Shown one piece after another: positions 50,651-64,000 of a DNA stretch of 64,000 bases; position 1 is the stretch's first letter; each line of letters opens with the position of its first letter. The DNA is from Carcharhinus longimanus (Eukaryota): NCBI GenBank assembly GCA_030264375.1, contig JASCQW010000132.1, positions 92,556,898-92,620,897 on the forward strand, written 5' to 3'. A model generated the notes under the pieces. That model made no database searches, was not told the DNA's origin, and saw only the letters and a program-made list of their open reading frames with translations. Both the position numbers and the translations under genes were made by a program.

Positions 50651-53600
50651 CGCACTAGATCTGTTTCAGTCTGATGTGAAAATGAACTTTCCTTAAAAAT
50701 AAGTCTATAATTGGAAGACTTGTCTCGGAAAAGGAAGAGGCACAACTCAGGCACGAATTGTGGTGAGTAGTGTCTTTATGAGCAGTGTTTTATTCTGTTT
50801 ATGTTTTTACCTTTTTATTTCTTAATACTGTCATAAATGTGATGAATAGCGCCCTTTAGTATTCAGATTTAAATCACGGCATGTCTGTGATGGTGTTTAG
50901 TCAGTCTCTCGCGTGTCAGTAATATTTTAGATTTTTTTCATGATTAATTGCAACAAATACAAACACATATGATGATGTTCTAGTTCACAGTATGTATGCC
51001 TGGATACCACGGTGTAGCTGTGCTGCTTTGTTCAATTTTCCTGTCGTTAATAAATCACCATCTCTTACATGCGCAGGGCTGAGAGGCAACTGTAGGCAGC
51101 AGCGTTTGGAAATGAAGAGGCATAAGCTAAATTCCTCTATGATTCATTAATTTGAGCGATTTACAATAAGTGGCAGAGTTATGGTGCTCCAACAAATGCA
51201 CTAACATATGTAATTCTGAGCAAAGTGAAGCACTTATTCTGCCTGTCTACTGTTTAGCTTAGGCATAGAAATAATGTGCAACTATGAGCCGGAAAAAACA
51301 TATAAGACTAAAGAATGTACAGAAACACCTGTATTTATTGTAGTGTTTTAGGACAAATTAGTGAATCTCTCATTTTCATAATATTGTATTCATTTATTTC
51401 CGTGGTGATGCTGGTATAATCTCTGCACTCGTAAGGACTCAGTTTGCCCTCATGAAAGAATATATTTGTTCTTCGCAAATATCTTACTCCTATTTAATAG
51501 ATGCTTTTGATGTTGGTACCTGCCGAAAGTAGATCCAGAAACGTGCATTGTTTGCACTCATAATTAAGTAGCACTCCTAATATTTACAATAAAAGATCAT
51601 TAGTAAAAGTACATATCACTTAATTAAATGTCTCATCACTCCAGTCAAGTACATTTTATTATTCTCACTATTGGCTATGATCAATCAAAACAAGATAATT
51701 GCAATAGTATAACGGCTGATACAATGTCTTCAGCTTCCGGGCCGGCATTCCAATGAAACACATCTGTAATTGGATGCACCTCCTGAAATCAGAACAATAC
51801 GTTATTAGTTACTGTTTGGCAACTGCTTCACGATTATTTTTTTTTAATGACAATAAATGTACTCCTTTTAGGTCTAGGCCGTCTCTATCCAGAATCAAGA
51901 CTCGTTCCAGGATAGTCTAATTGGGCATTAAGATGGTCTAAGAGCCCGAATTTGAAAGGTAAAATATTTTGCTTTGCTGCTGAATTCAGGTGGACTGGTT
52001 TTATTTTAGTGTAACAGGTGGCTTGGTGCTTGCAGTTCATCGGAATCAGAGAACACTAAATGAAAACGTAATTTATTTCTCCAACTCTGTTATAAGCTGA
52101 GAGGTTGCGTGCACTCCGCAGAGCTGTTCCCTTCCACGTTGAAATGTATTACCCGGTTGCAAAAGGTAGTCATGGAGCCATTTGAGGGTGTCAGGTCGGT
52201 GGTTATTTAAGGGAACAAAAGCCTAGGGTAATTCCTTTGTTTCGGGTTCACAGCAGCCTCTAAGAATTCACTGAGGCTGGAAACACAAAGCTTGATTTAT
52301 TTAACAGGGAATATCATAAATATCATTTTTAAAGGAAAAACAACTTTTTCTGTAACATCACCAAATAACACACATTTATTTATTCATTTTCAACTCTGTG
52401 TATGAATTTGAACAACAGCATTGGCAGGGAGAGGATCATAAAAATATTTACTGTAATTGTGTACTGTTTGCTAATTTGTTGTCATACATATTGCCAAAAT
52501 AAAAATTCACATAACCATACTTGAAGGGCAGTATGCTTTATAAAGCCACCTATTTATTTTTCATGGGATCCAAATGTCACCTCAAAGCAATCTTTCTCAA
52601 TGCTTGCGATAGCACGCAATCTCTATTCTATTTCCGTTTGCATATGAAACTAAACTGTAATCGGTAAAATGCAGTGGAGACCTGAAACCCCTTGGTTGCA
52701 AGTGAACGTAAAATATATCCAATTTCTTTATTTTATTGTTACCAGACTAACAAGGAATATCGAAGTAAGAACTTCTGTCCAGTTCCGTTTTCCCCATTTT
52801 TTTTGTATTGTGTAAATATCTAAATGGACAGACTTTCCGATATGGTTTGTAATTTTATTCAAAGGCAAAATGCAATGCTTAAAAATAAACATTATTTTCA
52901 ACCTATTCGACATAAGAAATCCAGTTCAATACAAGTTCTGGGCATGATATAGTTAATAGAACATCAAATGAAAATCACCCCAAAATAATATTTTTAAAAA
53001 CAATCTTTTAATATAGAAAAACAAATCCACAAATAAGAATCGACTAAGCACAGGCATGTAGGGCAAAGCGGCACACAAATCTTCCCTCCATTCCATAAAT
53101 AGTATGTTTAGTAATATGTTGGTTAAAGGTAACACTTTTCCCGCAGACAATACAAGCAAATAGTGTTGTTCGACTTTGTGAAGTTCCGGATTGGTAGGAA
53201 TGCTCAAATTATCTGGTTAGTTGAAAGTGCCGTTTGATAAGTAGAGCAGTTTTATTGCATGGAATAAGGAGTGCAATAAATTACTCAGTCTTAATGCTTT
53301 GTTGTGATGGGTTTGTCAATGGCACCCGCATACAAAAATGATTTTCGTACAAGGCCACTCTTAAAATGAAAACAAACAGAATTTTACTGATACTTGGCTG
53401 ATTTATTTTTCGGACAGTTTCTGTATAAAGTTGATAGAATTTAGATTAAAAGAAAGCAATTGTTTCCTTGCGGCCATTCGTTTCTTGGGGACGTTTTCTC
53501 ATGCTCCGAGCACTCAGTCTAATTTTATTCAGGTCAGCGTCCGCCTAAATCTTGCACCAGCTCCTGTTTCCTAACTTTATTTCCCAGCCTCAAAGTCTAA

Positions 53601-54914
53601 CATTTCCACTTAAAGGATGTGTTTGTTCTGGAGAACAAAGACAACGAAATAATATTCAACCGTGCTTAAACAGCGGGAGAAAATCGCTTATCTATAATTG
53701 CACGTTTGTTACAGAGTAATGTCTCAATGGACATTTAAAAGAACAATAAAGAGTAAAATGAAACGTGTAGCGGTGGTTAGTGCTTAACGTGCGAACGCCA
53801 CTTTCTCTGCCATGCTGCCCGGTTTTATCCTTACCTTCGCAATGCAATGGGACTTAGCTCTCCTCAACACTGGGACAGCTGTTTTCCTAAATCAACACCG
53901 CTTAAATGCAATGCGAGCTTGCAAGCATACTACCCTAACAATGAACCACAGAAACTTTATTGTATGTGCCTAATAACCAGATTTGATCCAGATTCTGCTA
54001 ACAATTATTTTTAAGTCACGTGAACGGATTCCATAAGGTTTTTTTCCCCCCTCGATTTGACCCTGCTTGTTTGCTGGGCTGCTTTTTTCTCTCTCTCTCT
54101 TTTTAATGCTGAGATCTCGCAGAAAACCAGTGTCCCAGACGTCTGCAGAAACCTGTAAGGCAACCAGTTCAGTATTTGCGGGGCGCCGGATCAGTGTTAA
54201 GGATTTAAATTTCCTTCTCCTGCTTTTCTGGCCTGAACAGGCTTTGCAGAAAGAGGAACTATCTCAAGTAAGCAGTGAGCAATATTTTTAAAACAGCCGG
54301 ATAATCTGGAAAATGTAGAATCTGCAGGGTGCGTTGGAACTTTCCCCCTCTAAAGCACATTACCAATTTCGCAGCAGGCTTTATCCGTCCTTTGAGGCTG
54401 ATTTGGATTTGGCTGATATCTCAGGTAAGCTGTAAGATTCTTTGCAGCTCTATCTATTGGTCCATAGAACAATCCCCGGCCCAGTTTTCAATTAATGCAC
54501 AAAACCTGGCCCAAGAGAAGCTATTGCTTGTCGCCTCAGCCGATTATCTGTTTTTCCAGATTCTTCAACCTTTAGAATGGACACGTCGGTTATAGTTATT
54601 TCCTCGAACATTTTAAAGTTCAACTTTGCACTTTTTAAAAGTTTGTGCTGCTATTGCGATAATACTTCTAAATCAAAAATGGCCATTAGTTGCTAGGACA
54701 GAAGAACTGTTTAACTTTCAACATTTTAGCCCCAAGATATAACTGTGAGCTGTGAGAGCTGTTTCCTTACTTTGATGGGTTCTACTTGTCCAATATAAGT
54801 GTCCTAAATATATCTTCAAACTGTAGTCTCCGAATAGTCTCCGATCTCGTCTGATTCAATTTCAGAAGGTTTCTTGCAAATTTCAAAGAAACCTGACGTA
54901 CATTTTTGTCTGTT

Positions 54915-54934
54915 TATCTATCTATCTATCTATC

Positions 54935-54974
<40 letters not shown>

Positions 54975-54981
54975 ATCTATC
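54915..54981 (+). repeat. (TATC)n microsatellite
   Basis: About 16 imperfect TATC units. Confidence 0.95.
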
Positions 54982-57900
54982 TTTAAATATGTGCATACTT
55001 AAACGTATATGCATATATTTACGTGTGTATGTGCGTACATTATATGTCGAACTTCACTTGGTACTGTTCATCAATTATTCATTAATGTTTTACTTTGGGT
55101 GAAAGTTTAACCACGGCCTTTGTAAGACCATTGCATGGATTTTGTTCAGAGTGAAAATGTAGAAGGCATAACCTCTCTTAAATTTGCTGAGGTTGGGAGA
55201 CCAATAAACTGGTCTTGTTTTGTACCCTGATACTTGGATTTGCTGTTATGATTAGAATTTAACTCAGTTCATTAAGAACCATGCTTAACTGTCCTGCCCA
55301 AACTTTTTGCATATACAGGCTTGCCTAAAACTGTAGGATTGGGCGTTAAAACAACTTTCGATCATTTGTGGCACTAAATAATGGTTACAAGCAAGAATAG
55401 TGTTGAAAGGAAACGTGTCTATATTGTGTAAAACAACTTGCAGTGAATGTTTATGAAACAACTTTCAGAGATATTCAGGATGAAAATGGATAGAAGGGAG
55501 CAAAGGTAGAAGTGGACGGGGCAAAATAAAGTAAAAGCAACAGAATAAAGAGACCATACTGAAAATAGAATTTACATGAAAAAGCACGTTTTCTAATTAT
55601 ATTTAAATGGCAGAAAATACGTGCTGAGAATAGAATCAATCTTCAATCTCTTACGTGAACTGTTACGTTTTAACAACTTCAGCCAAATTGATATTTCAGG
55701 TGTCTTGATATTTTCTCCTAAATACTTTTGATTACCCCAAACTTTCAATACGTGTTGCGCTAAGCAAGGTAAACCTGATAAAGAAGGCAGAGATGTCAAT
55801 TCTATTCCCTAAAGATACACAATGGCCATATTTTCATCGATGGTTCCGCATCACTATTAACATATATTACATTTGAATCTATTTTGTACTTTCTTCCGCA
55901 AGAAATTCAATGCATCACTCAATTGGCAGAAAACGTGTAAGCACACATTTTGCATGAAGGTCCCTACAGACATGACTTACCATTCTACAGGAAAAGAAAG
56001 CAGAATCATTACATCGCTGTCAAGTCCACTCCTCACCCTGTGCTACACTCTCTAAAATCACCTAGGCTTTCTGGGACACTGCTTTGTCTTTGTCAGGTAA
56101 TTATAATCCTTTTCTAGTTTCAATAACTAGCATGGTGTAACGTGTGGGTGTTAAGCAAGTCCAGTACAATAGCACGCTCTGAAAAGGGAGACTCGCGTGG
56201 AAGCCTAACCACAGTGGGACTTCCCTGCTTATTTGGTTGTTTTAGTCGAAAATGTGAATGCTCCCTTCTTCATAGGTCGATTTAAACTCCCGTTCCGGGT
56301 TTTAGTGCGCTGCCAAGAACTATTCTTCGTTCCAAATAGTTGAGTCTGCAGGCTCCGGATAGAGGTCTTTTACATTATGAGATACAGGCGACACAACTTA
56401 CCGTATCGTGGATTTCCTGCAAAGAATTATCGCGGAACAACCTTCTGCAACACCAACAAAACTCTGCTTAAGAAACTTCTTAGGTTTTGTTGAGTAAAAA
56501 GTTAGGTTTTGCCTGAAAAAGGTGCTCCTTTAATTATCACCCAAATTCAAATAAAAGGATTTAAGTTGACGTATGACCACGTGAGCACATAATACAGCGC
56601 ATTATTGTGGCATTTGGATCGGAGACCTATGCTGGCTTCGGCTGTGATTACGCTTTTCCACTTTCTGTTAAGAGCCAGCTATTTTCTTCTATAGAGATTG
56701 CACTCTGGGCACTGGATTTCACATGAAGGAATATATGCGAGCAGGGCGAGATGCTGCGTTTAGCGAAATGGATTTTATTTTGAGGTATTCCAAATGCTTC
56801 CGTTGATTGTTCATTAATATGGTGAGTTATTGCTGTTCAAGGCAAAGGTCAGTGGAAAGACTTACGGGTGTCAGATTGTGCCAGAACACGCTTAGATTCC
56901 CCTTTTTTCTGTTTGCTTCGGCATATAATCCATTTCCAATAATATTCTCTCTCCATATGGTAAATGGAAAGAAGTTATTTTGTAGAATACTGTTCGGATC
57001 ACATGCGTGTGTTGTCCTTAAAACACGAACAATTGAATATTGAAATCCTGTCAATGGCCGCTCTCTGCCCGAGTGTGTACAAACAAAAGTATATTTTTAT
57101 CACATAGAATTTAACGCCGATATTTCCGGCTCTAATGGACGTTAAGAGGAATGATTATTGTATCACATGGGGGTAAATATACATTTACTTCTTCTGGCAT
57201 TTTATTCATTATGTAATGCGCTCAAATGAACTGTTNNNNNNNNNNNNNNNNNNNNNNNNNNNNNNNNNNNNNNNNNNNNNNNNNNNNNNNNNNNNNNNNN
57301 NNNNNNNNNNNNNNNNNNNNNNNNNNNNNNNNNNNATGCGCTCCAATGAACGGTTCTCCGTCCATTTTAGAAATCTACTTAGCTAGTTTGTGAATTGTAG
57401 TATCTCTAGGCGGAGGTTATTTAGGTTTCGCGTTACCAAGTGTGTGTTGTTGAAATCTCAATGAATCATATCGATTAATGGAGGAGTATTAAATTTTATG
57501 CTTCTATCATTGACGGGCAGTGGTGTTGTGGGGGTTGGGGGGGGGGAAGAGAAGAGAAAGACAGTCCATCTAAGGTTTAAATTTTTTTTAAAAAATCATT
57601 GTTGCTCAAAAATAGTCCCTATTTGTTCATCTTCACCGTGGTAGTATTTGATGAATGTAAGGCACAAAGCAGACTGAATCGAGAGGATTATTTTGTTAGC
57701 AGGCCGTCATTGCGTTGGAATACGGATTGCCAGGAGAATTTAACGAAATAAATTAAAAGGCGATACAAACTAACGCAGTACTGCCTTTGTTTTTAAAGGA
57801 TGCATGCGCGATGAATAAAAGGCTGGAGAAAGACTCGTTATGATATGCTGGGGGTGCAAATGTTATATAAAATTGCACCCACCAGTGAGTCCTGCTCAGG

Positions 57901-59664
57901 AAAGGTCAGGGTGTTGCGATTTGATTTATGTTTTCGGTGGACTGGGACAGCCGGGCCAATGCAATCTGCTTTAACGAATGCTTTACTTCTTTTTATATAT
58001 GACAAATCACATTGGCAATTATTGATAGCCAGATCAGTACCCTACCGTAATTCTACCAATCGCGTAAACCAAAACCAATTCGGCTGGGGGGAGGGGACGG
58101 TGGGGGGATTAAAAAATCATTGCGAATAAGCAAAGTTATTTTCTGCCATATTTTCGGTTCGACGCGAATGTATTTATCGGAAGATAGCATTACTTTGTGA
58201 AGAATTATGCATCAACTGTATCATGCCCGTGGACTTGTTGTAATTGATGTTTTTTGTCCTCATTGGACTCTCGATTTGGCTTCTCTACTTCAATTCTTGA
58301 AATATATCTGCGGCCTCTACTGTCCCCTCACTCCACCCGGCCGACGCAAAGTTAAATGTAAACACCGAGCATTTTTTTAATAAATACATGAAAATTTAAT
58401 TGCAGTTGGGGTTACACGTCACTGTTGTTTTTTGTTTTATTGTCCAGCCCTGGTGTAAATTTGACAAGGCTAAACGACACACACATAATACATTTTTTAC
58501 AAGTTTGAGAGCAAATGAGAATTGGATTCGTACATATTTGAGAACGATACATACATAAAGCGCCTTATTAGGGGTGGCGCACAGAAAATCTACTAGGCTT
58601 TTGAATGATACATCCTCGGCTTGACACATTTCGTTCAATATTCCACATAAACCTTAACATAGTTCAGAGATGATTTTTTCACTTATTGGAATGTTATCGT
58701 ATGTGTACAATTGAGCCGAGGGTCTAACTTGTTCCCACCCACCACCCCGCCCGTTAATAATCCACACAGAATTAGTCGAGTTACTTAAACCCAGCTCTCC
58801 GACGCCTTTCCTTTCATTCAGTGGAAATTAATGGTTTCTCGTTTCCATTCCAGACTTTATACTAAATAACAATTCTCCAATCAGAGACTTTTCACTGAGA
58901 CTGAACAAACTTTCGGTGAGTTTTGTGTACTATTCTGATTTTTAAAAAAATACATATATAGTCGTTAAATCCCCAAATGCGAGCATTGCGAGATGTCACA
59001 TTTATTAGCCCCAGTGCCGGCGGCCGGTGATGCTGAACATCTGCTAAAGCGACCCACAGTATGTTATAATAATTTCAAATTGTATATGGATTTTTTTTAG
59101 GATAAACGAATAAATAAACATAGCTGTATCAATTGCAGAAGAAATTACATCTAGCATGCATTCTAGGCCATAAAATGGATGCTAATTCATAGCAGACTGC
59201 CTTTTCAATTATTAAATATGGCTGGCGGAAATGTAAACTTTTGGTTACTGTCTTCGAATTTCGAGCAAGGTGTTTTAGAAATGCAAGTTACAACTGTTGG
59301 AATTAATTATAGGCACCTTGTAAAAAGGGATATCATCTATGGTTTGGAGCAAACCAATCGTTCTCTCCTCTCTTCGTTTACTTTCTCTTTGTAGAACTTA
59401 GCAGCTAGCTGCAGGGAGAGTCGTCAATCATGAATGGCGTAAAGCATTTCTTATCCAGTATTTTAGTTCACTGCACCCAACGAGCTCGCGATGATTTTAG
59501 AAGATACCCTCACATAAACCAGACGCTCTCAATTCCTATCCAGTCGCTTTTTAACTGAAGCTCATTCAGCCAAACTTAAGTAACAGAAAGTTTTTTTTAA
59601 ATCCAGCATCCGTGGCGTTACTTTTTTTTTGCCATGTTCCTACAATCTCAAGAGAAAGAGAGAA

Positions 59665-59925
59665 AAGTTGGAGTCAGCACTTTAAGAAAAGTTGGAGGAC
59701 TGATCATTGACAATAAAGTACTTCACTACAGATAGAACATTGAGCGGCTTACTTGAAAAGTTGCAAACGAGTGAATTTTTGTCCCTATCTTCCCTCCTAC
59801 GCTGGCTGACTTCCCCTTTCAAGCAGTTGCATCGCAATAAAGCGATAGGAGCAAGTGTTTTCACTTTAGTGCTCTGTTTACAGCCTTAGTGCATGAAGTC
59901 ATAAATCTTACGTAGCCATAAACGA
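59665..59925 (+). promoter_or_regulatory. Hoxa3 r5/r6-type hindbrain enhancer (Kreisler/MafB plus Hox/Pbx sites)
   Basis: GTCAGCA (reverse TGCTGAC with AT-rich flank) at 59673, TGATCATTGACAA at 59701, TCATAAATCT at 59899. Order and sequence resemble the KrA, Hox/PBC-A/Prep and Hox/PBC-B sites as recalled. Confidence 0.7.
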
Positions 59926-60893
59926 CAGAAGCATTGGTATGCATTAGTGGTGACTATAGCTCGTATACTCCTTCAGTTCTCGCCCCCTCTGCCTCGGTTT
60001 TGCTTCTGAAGTGTAACTTTTCGCTCCTGTGTCTGAAACACTTTCATTTCAGCATCGTTAACGCCTTCAACTTTCTGAATACAGGGGGAAAACACATTGG
60101 CTCTGCTTTAGAACCAATTGAACCTGTTTGAAACCGGCTGTATTTTCACCCTTGTGTCATATTTCATCTGCACTATTCTCATGCTGTACTTCAAACAAAG
60201 GCCTTTCTTTGCAACAAGGTGTTAAGAAAAGTTAATGCAGCACTCTTAACGCGGAAGTTTAAAGACATATGTGATTATTGATATTGTTTCTCAATATAAT
60301 TATTAACACGTGAGTTAGTTGAAATGGGCGAGTTCGATTCAGGTTATGATTGTAAAGATTTAATGATTGCCAAAGCAGGGCGCTTGTCTCCTCCGTGTTG
60401 GTTAATTTGCATAATTTTCACTTGTGACGCTCTGTTTCGGGGGAGTTTACCCAGCCTCTCTGTTCAGTACTCTCAGACAGCAATCTTAAAATCCGCGCTT
60501 TTAGCATTCAATATTCATAAGAAACATACCCCATTTCTTTGGTATTAGATAAGAGCAGCCAGGAAAGCTGATAGTGGTCTTATCTCCCTGACCAGGGCGC
60601 GCTACCACAATCACAGGGCTGTCCATCCAAAAGCTAGAGCCTTCTCGCCAGTTCTTTGCCGCTCTACCATTTTCCTTTCCCCATTTGCCGTTGTCGCCAA
60701 CGAGTGACTTTCAGCGTGTAAGAGTAACTGCTTGCCTTCATTCTACTTAATTTGGAAGTTTTGAAACTCCTGCTTATCGATTTCCCCGGTGAATCTGAAA
60801 ATATTGTGCCGTGGTCTGCGTCTATCGTCAGAGGCTAAGGTAAGCTGGACACAAATAGGCTATCACTCGTGAATGGCGGAGTTTATGTCCCAG

Positions 60894-60938
60894 TGATTTA
60901 TGACCATATGACTTAAATCTCGGTTCAAGAAGAGTTCA
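60894..60938 (+). promoter_or_regulatory. Group-3 DR5 RARE with adjacent Pbx/Hox site
   Basis: Perfect DR5 GGTTCA-AGAAG-AGTTCA at 60922-60938; TGATTTATGA at 60894-60903. Confidence 0.85.
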
Positions 60939-63900
60939 CATGCTATAGCTTCCTTTCACATCGTGACTGATACCCGTAGGCTTCGAATTCAAGTCTTTTA
61001 TTTCTATTTTCAGTTTCTCCCGCAACGTACATATTCTCCCCTACATTTTCCAAGTTTTGCGGATTTATTACTGCCTGCACTGTCGCCTGAGGCACATTAT
61101 AGACATGAGTCCAGAAATATTCACTATTGATCTTGGTGGAATCTGTGTTACCATGCTGCATTTTAAATCTTTTATTCTACTTTGTTTCTCCTTGTTGTTA
61201 TTATAGAGAATGGGAAAACCTGTTTGGAGGAGGGGGGGGGGGGGGCAATGTTATTTATAAACACTCATTTCCGTTTGGGCTTAGCTGTACAAGTAGTTTT
61301 AAAAAAGGGTTTAGATTAATGTCTAATGTGGTGGAGTGTTTGTTTGCCATGATCCGCATTTCACTCTACTAGAGGAAGATTTTATTTTAATGTGTGGTCT
61401 GATAGGCAGCGAAAAATATGCTTATGTGAGAGTAGAAAAGCTTATGTGTATTTAATACAAGTTGCCATTCACAGTCACAAATCATTTCTGTATTGAAACA
61501 TAGAAAGAGAATGAGAAAGAATAGTACTCCAGGGTGATATTTTTTAAAGAAAAGGTTAGACAATGATGAAGTTGGTTTACAAAATACTGAGATGCAATCG
61601 CTTAGAATCAGATGCAAAGCGTTTACACAGGTGAGTTACCTTGTGGTTACTCCTGAAAGAAAAATGGCGGACAGCACACAAGTCTGACAACCAAAGGGAA
61701 ATTTTGAAGTGTAAACTCCGATTAGTGGGGATTTCCAATCATTGTTTTTCATAGTAGAAAGAGTAAAGCACCACGTCTTCCCAATAGTTTATACCTGCAT
61801 GTTTGAGGACAAGTTTTGATAATATAGCAAGAATATCTCGAAACAAAGTAAATTATTGACAACTCCTTAACAGTAAAACCCAATAATTCAATAACATGTA
61901 TGCTATTGTTCCCTATGGTGGTAACCAGCTTGTTAGACCTACCCAGAGGCCTGTGGTTTAAAGCACTGGGCAGTCTGTGATCCACCACTTACTATTTAAT
62001 AGTTTCAAATTTACAAAATGCTTCGGGAACATTAAGTGCCGCGAATAACAATGGCACAGGCGATTCAATCTTAGTACCGTACATCACAATCATTTTTCAA
62101 AAGCATTTTTATTGCATTCAGTTTCACAAACCGACAAAAGTATTATTCAAAATCTGTACTTTGCAGGCTGTATCCTCCCTCACTGATCACAAAAGTGCCA
62201 CTTTCGCTTATAGCTCTAAAACAATTGCAGTAGCTAGGCCATATTCAATGGGATGTTGCGAAAAAATGTATTACATAGGTATAGGAATGTAAAAGGTTCG
62301 AAGAAGACATTTGGCTGGCCAACAAAAATGTACAACGCACATGGAAATCTTTGTTTTTAAATGGTCAGGTTTAAAATGTGCAGGGGAGCCCTGCTTACCA
62401 GGAGCTGAGATTATGTTCCTGGCAGCACCACAAAATGGATGGGTTCGCTTTACTGGTGCATTTTCCTTTGTATCAGTGTGACTGCAGTGAAGAGAGGCCT
62501 TGCAAACAATGGCTTGCTCGCTTAGGCCATATTTCTNNNNNNNNNNNNAGAAAAATCTCTTTATGACAACCAACCTATAGATACCTTAACCCATTGAAAG
62601 TACACACCCGTGACAAAATATCCGGATTTTTTTTGTGCATTGATCAAAGATCTGCAGGCCTAAGGTGAGCTTTGTGTACATGCGATGCCATCTCGATTTT
62701 ATGTTGCCCTTTTAATTGATTTTTATTCCACGGAAGAAGCAGATTAAAACAACTCTTAAATGAGGTATAAAGATAGCACTTTTTTAAAAATGATGATAAT
62801 TAACTGAACCCTTTAATAGGATAGTGCTACGTTTGCTGCCTGTTTCTCATGATGCAGACGCTTTTTGTGGGCTGGGCTCTCAACTCTTCCCCGGCCCAGT
62901 GACCCCCATACATCAAATTAAGAGCAGTTTCAGAGACAGAGCCTATTATCGTTTGGTTGGAAGAAAAGTTCACACCGTGGTCATGCAGAAGAACGCCAGT
63001 TTTTCAGGTTCCTGGTTCTTTCCGATCCATCATGCTTTTAGCAGGTAGAATTCAAACAGTAAAAGGAACCCTTGGAAATTTCCGCCAGACCAAATGGTGA
63101 CCTGTTAAAAGTGGAACCAACAAAAAAAACATGCACACTCACAAGACATTTCTGCCCACCAGTGTGGCTAAATCTGGGGAGCCAAAACAAATACTAGTTT
63201 AAATGTAATGATATCAGCCACAGTGCGCCTAATGTAGTGCTCGTTCCACATCCCCGGTTAGAGAAAGGCAAAATCTGTATTTTAAACTGAGATCCTTTTC
63301 TGGGAAAGCGAGTCTATTGCAGTACCAGCGGTGTCTATTACAAGAAAGGAATGTACAAATACAAGCTAACACCACTACCCAGACAGTGGGGAAAACGGCA
63401 AATATTTTAAAATTACACCTAAACAGGAGCGTTTACACCCGGCGCCCAGACTAACTTGCTAATTATCGGAATTAAAACAAACTCATTCATAATTTTGATC
63501 TTAAATGTATCTTTGTGTTTCTTTGCAGAAAGTTTTAACTGCTAAAGTTGATTTCTTTTGGTCTCGCTTCTTAAAAAATACTCATCGCAGTATTAACACC
63601 ATTTAAATTTAATCTCATTCGATCTGTAACGAATCACATTTTTAGCCCTGAGTCCAGTTTACACAGATATACAAAGCGTAAAGCCATCACGTCCCGTAAG
63701 CATTGGCTTGAAAAAAGATGTCTTTATCTGCACATAAAGTGGCTCTTCTTTTCAACTACCTAGGAAGAAGGTTGCTCCTAAGTTTAACCTACCGAAATCC
63801 ATCTTTCACATGAACCCATATGTAGCATTGTATTTCCCCGATGAGACAAAATAAAATAAAAAGCTGGAATCTGCAGCTACCGATTGTTCGCCGCGCAACC

Positions 63901-64000
63901 ATACTGAACATTTACCGCTGAGAATCAGTTTTAAACCGTTGTTATACTCAGGTTGCCCAGGGCTAAGCTGTGTGACCAAATATTGCTGCACACTTTTTAT

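Noticed and set aside
53765-53800. GTAGCGGTGGTTAGTGC resembling the A-box of a tRNA or SINE head
   Set aside because: No B-box, cloverleaf or tail follows.

Overview
This window is the central part of a jawed-vertebrate HoxA cluster. All genes lie on the + strand in the order HoxA10 (exon 1 truncated by an N-gap), miR-196, HoxA9, HoxA7, HoxA6, HoxA5, HoxA4, followed by about 17 kb of HoxA4-HoxA3 intergenic DNA; the HoxA3 CDS is outside the window. The compact proteins and the retained HoxA6/HoxA7 suggest a cartilaginous fish, probably a shark (inference). All splice sites that could be read give phase-1 introns. Recognisable regulatory DNA includes DR5 retinoic-acid elements, a Hoxa3 r5/r6-type enhancer, intronic HB1 elements, candidate CTCF sites, repeated CCAAT/E-box promoter modules and clustered miR-196 target sites. 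The least expected signal is in the 5' leaders. HoxA7 has two uORFs chained to the CDS by stop-start overlaps, and HoxA4 has a TAATG-coupled uORF. The HoxA10 N-terminal extension is interrupted by a TGA, and HoxA9 has a CUG where I recall a mammalian uORF AUG. There is also a series of candidate unannotated exons and a possible miR-10 remnant. No transposons were recognised. Comparisons to mammalian sequence are from memory and need alignment.
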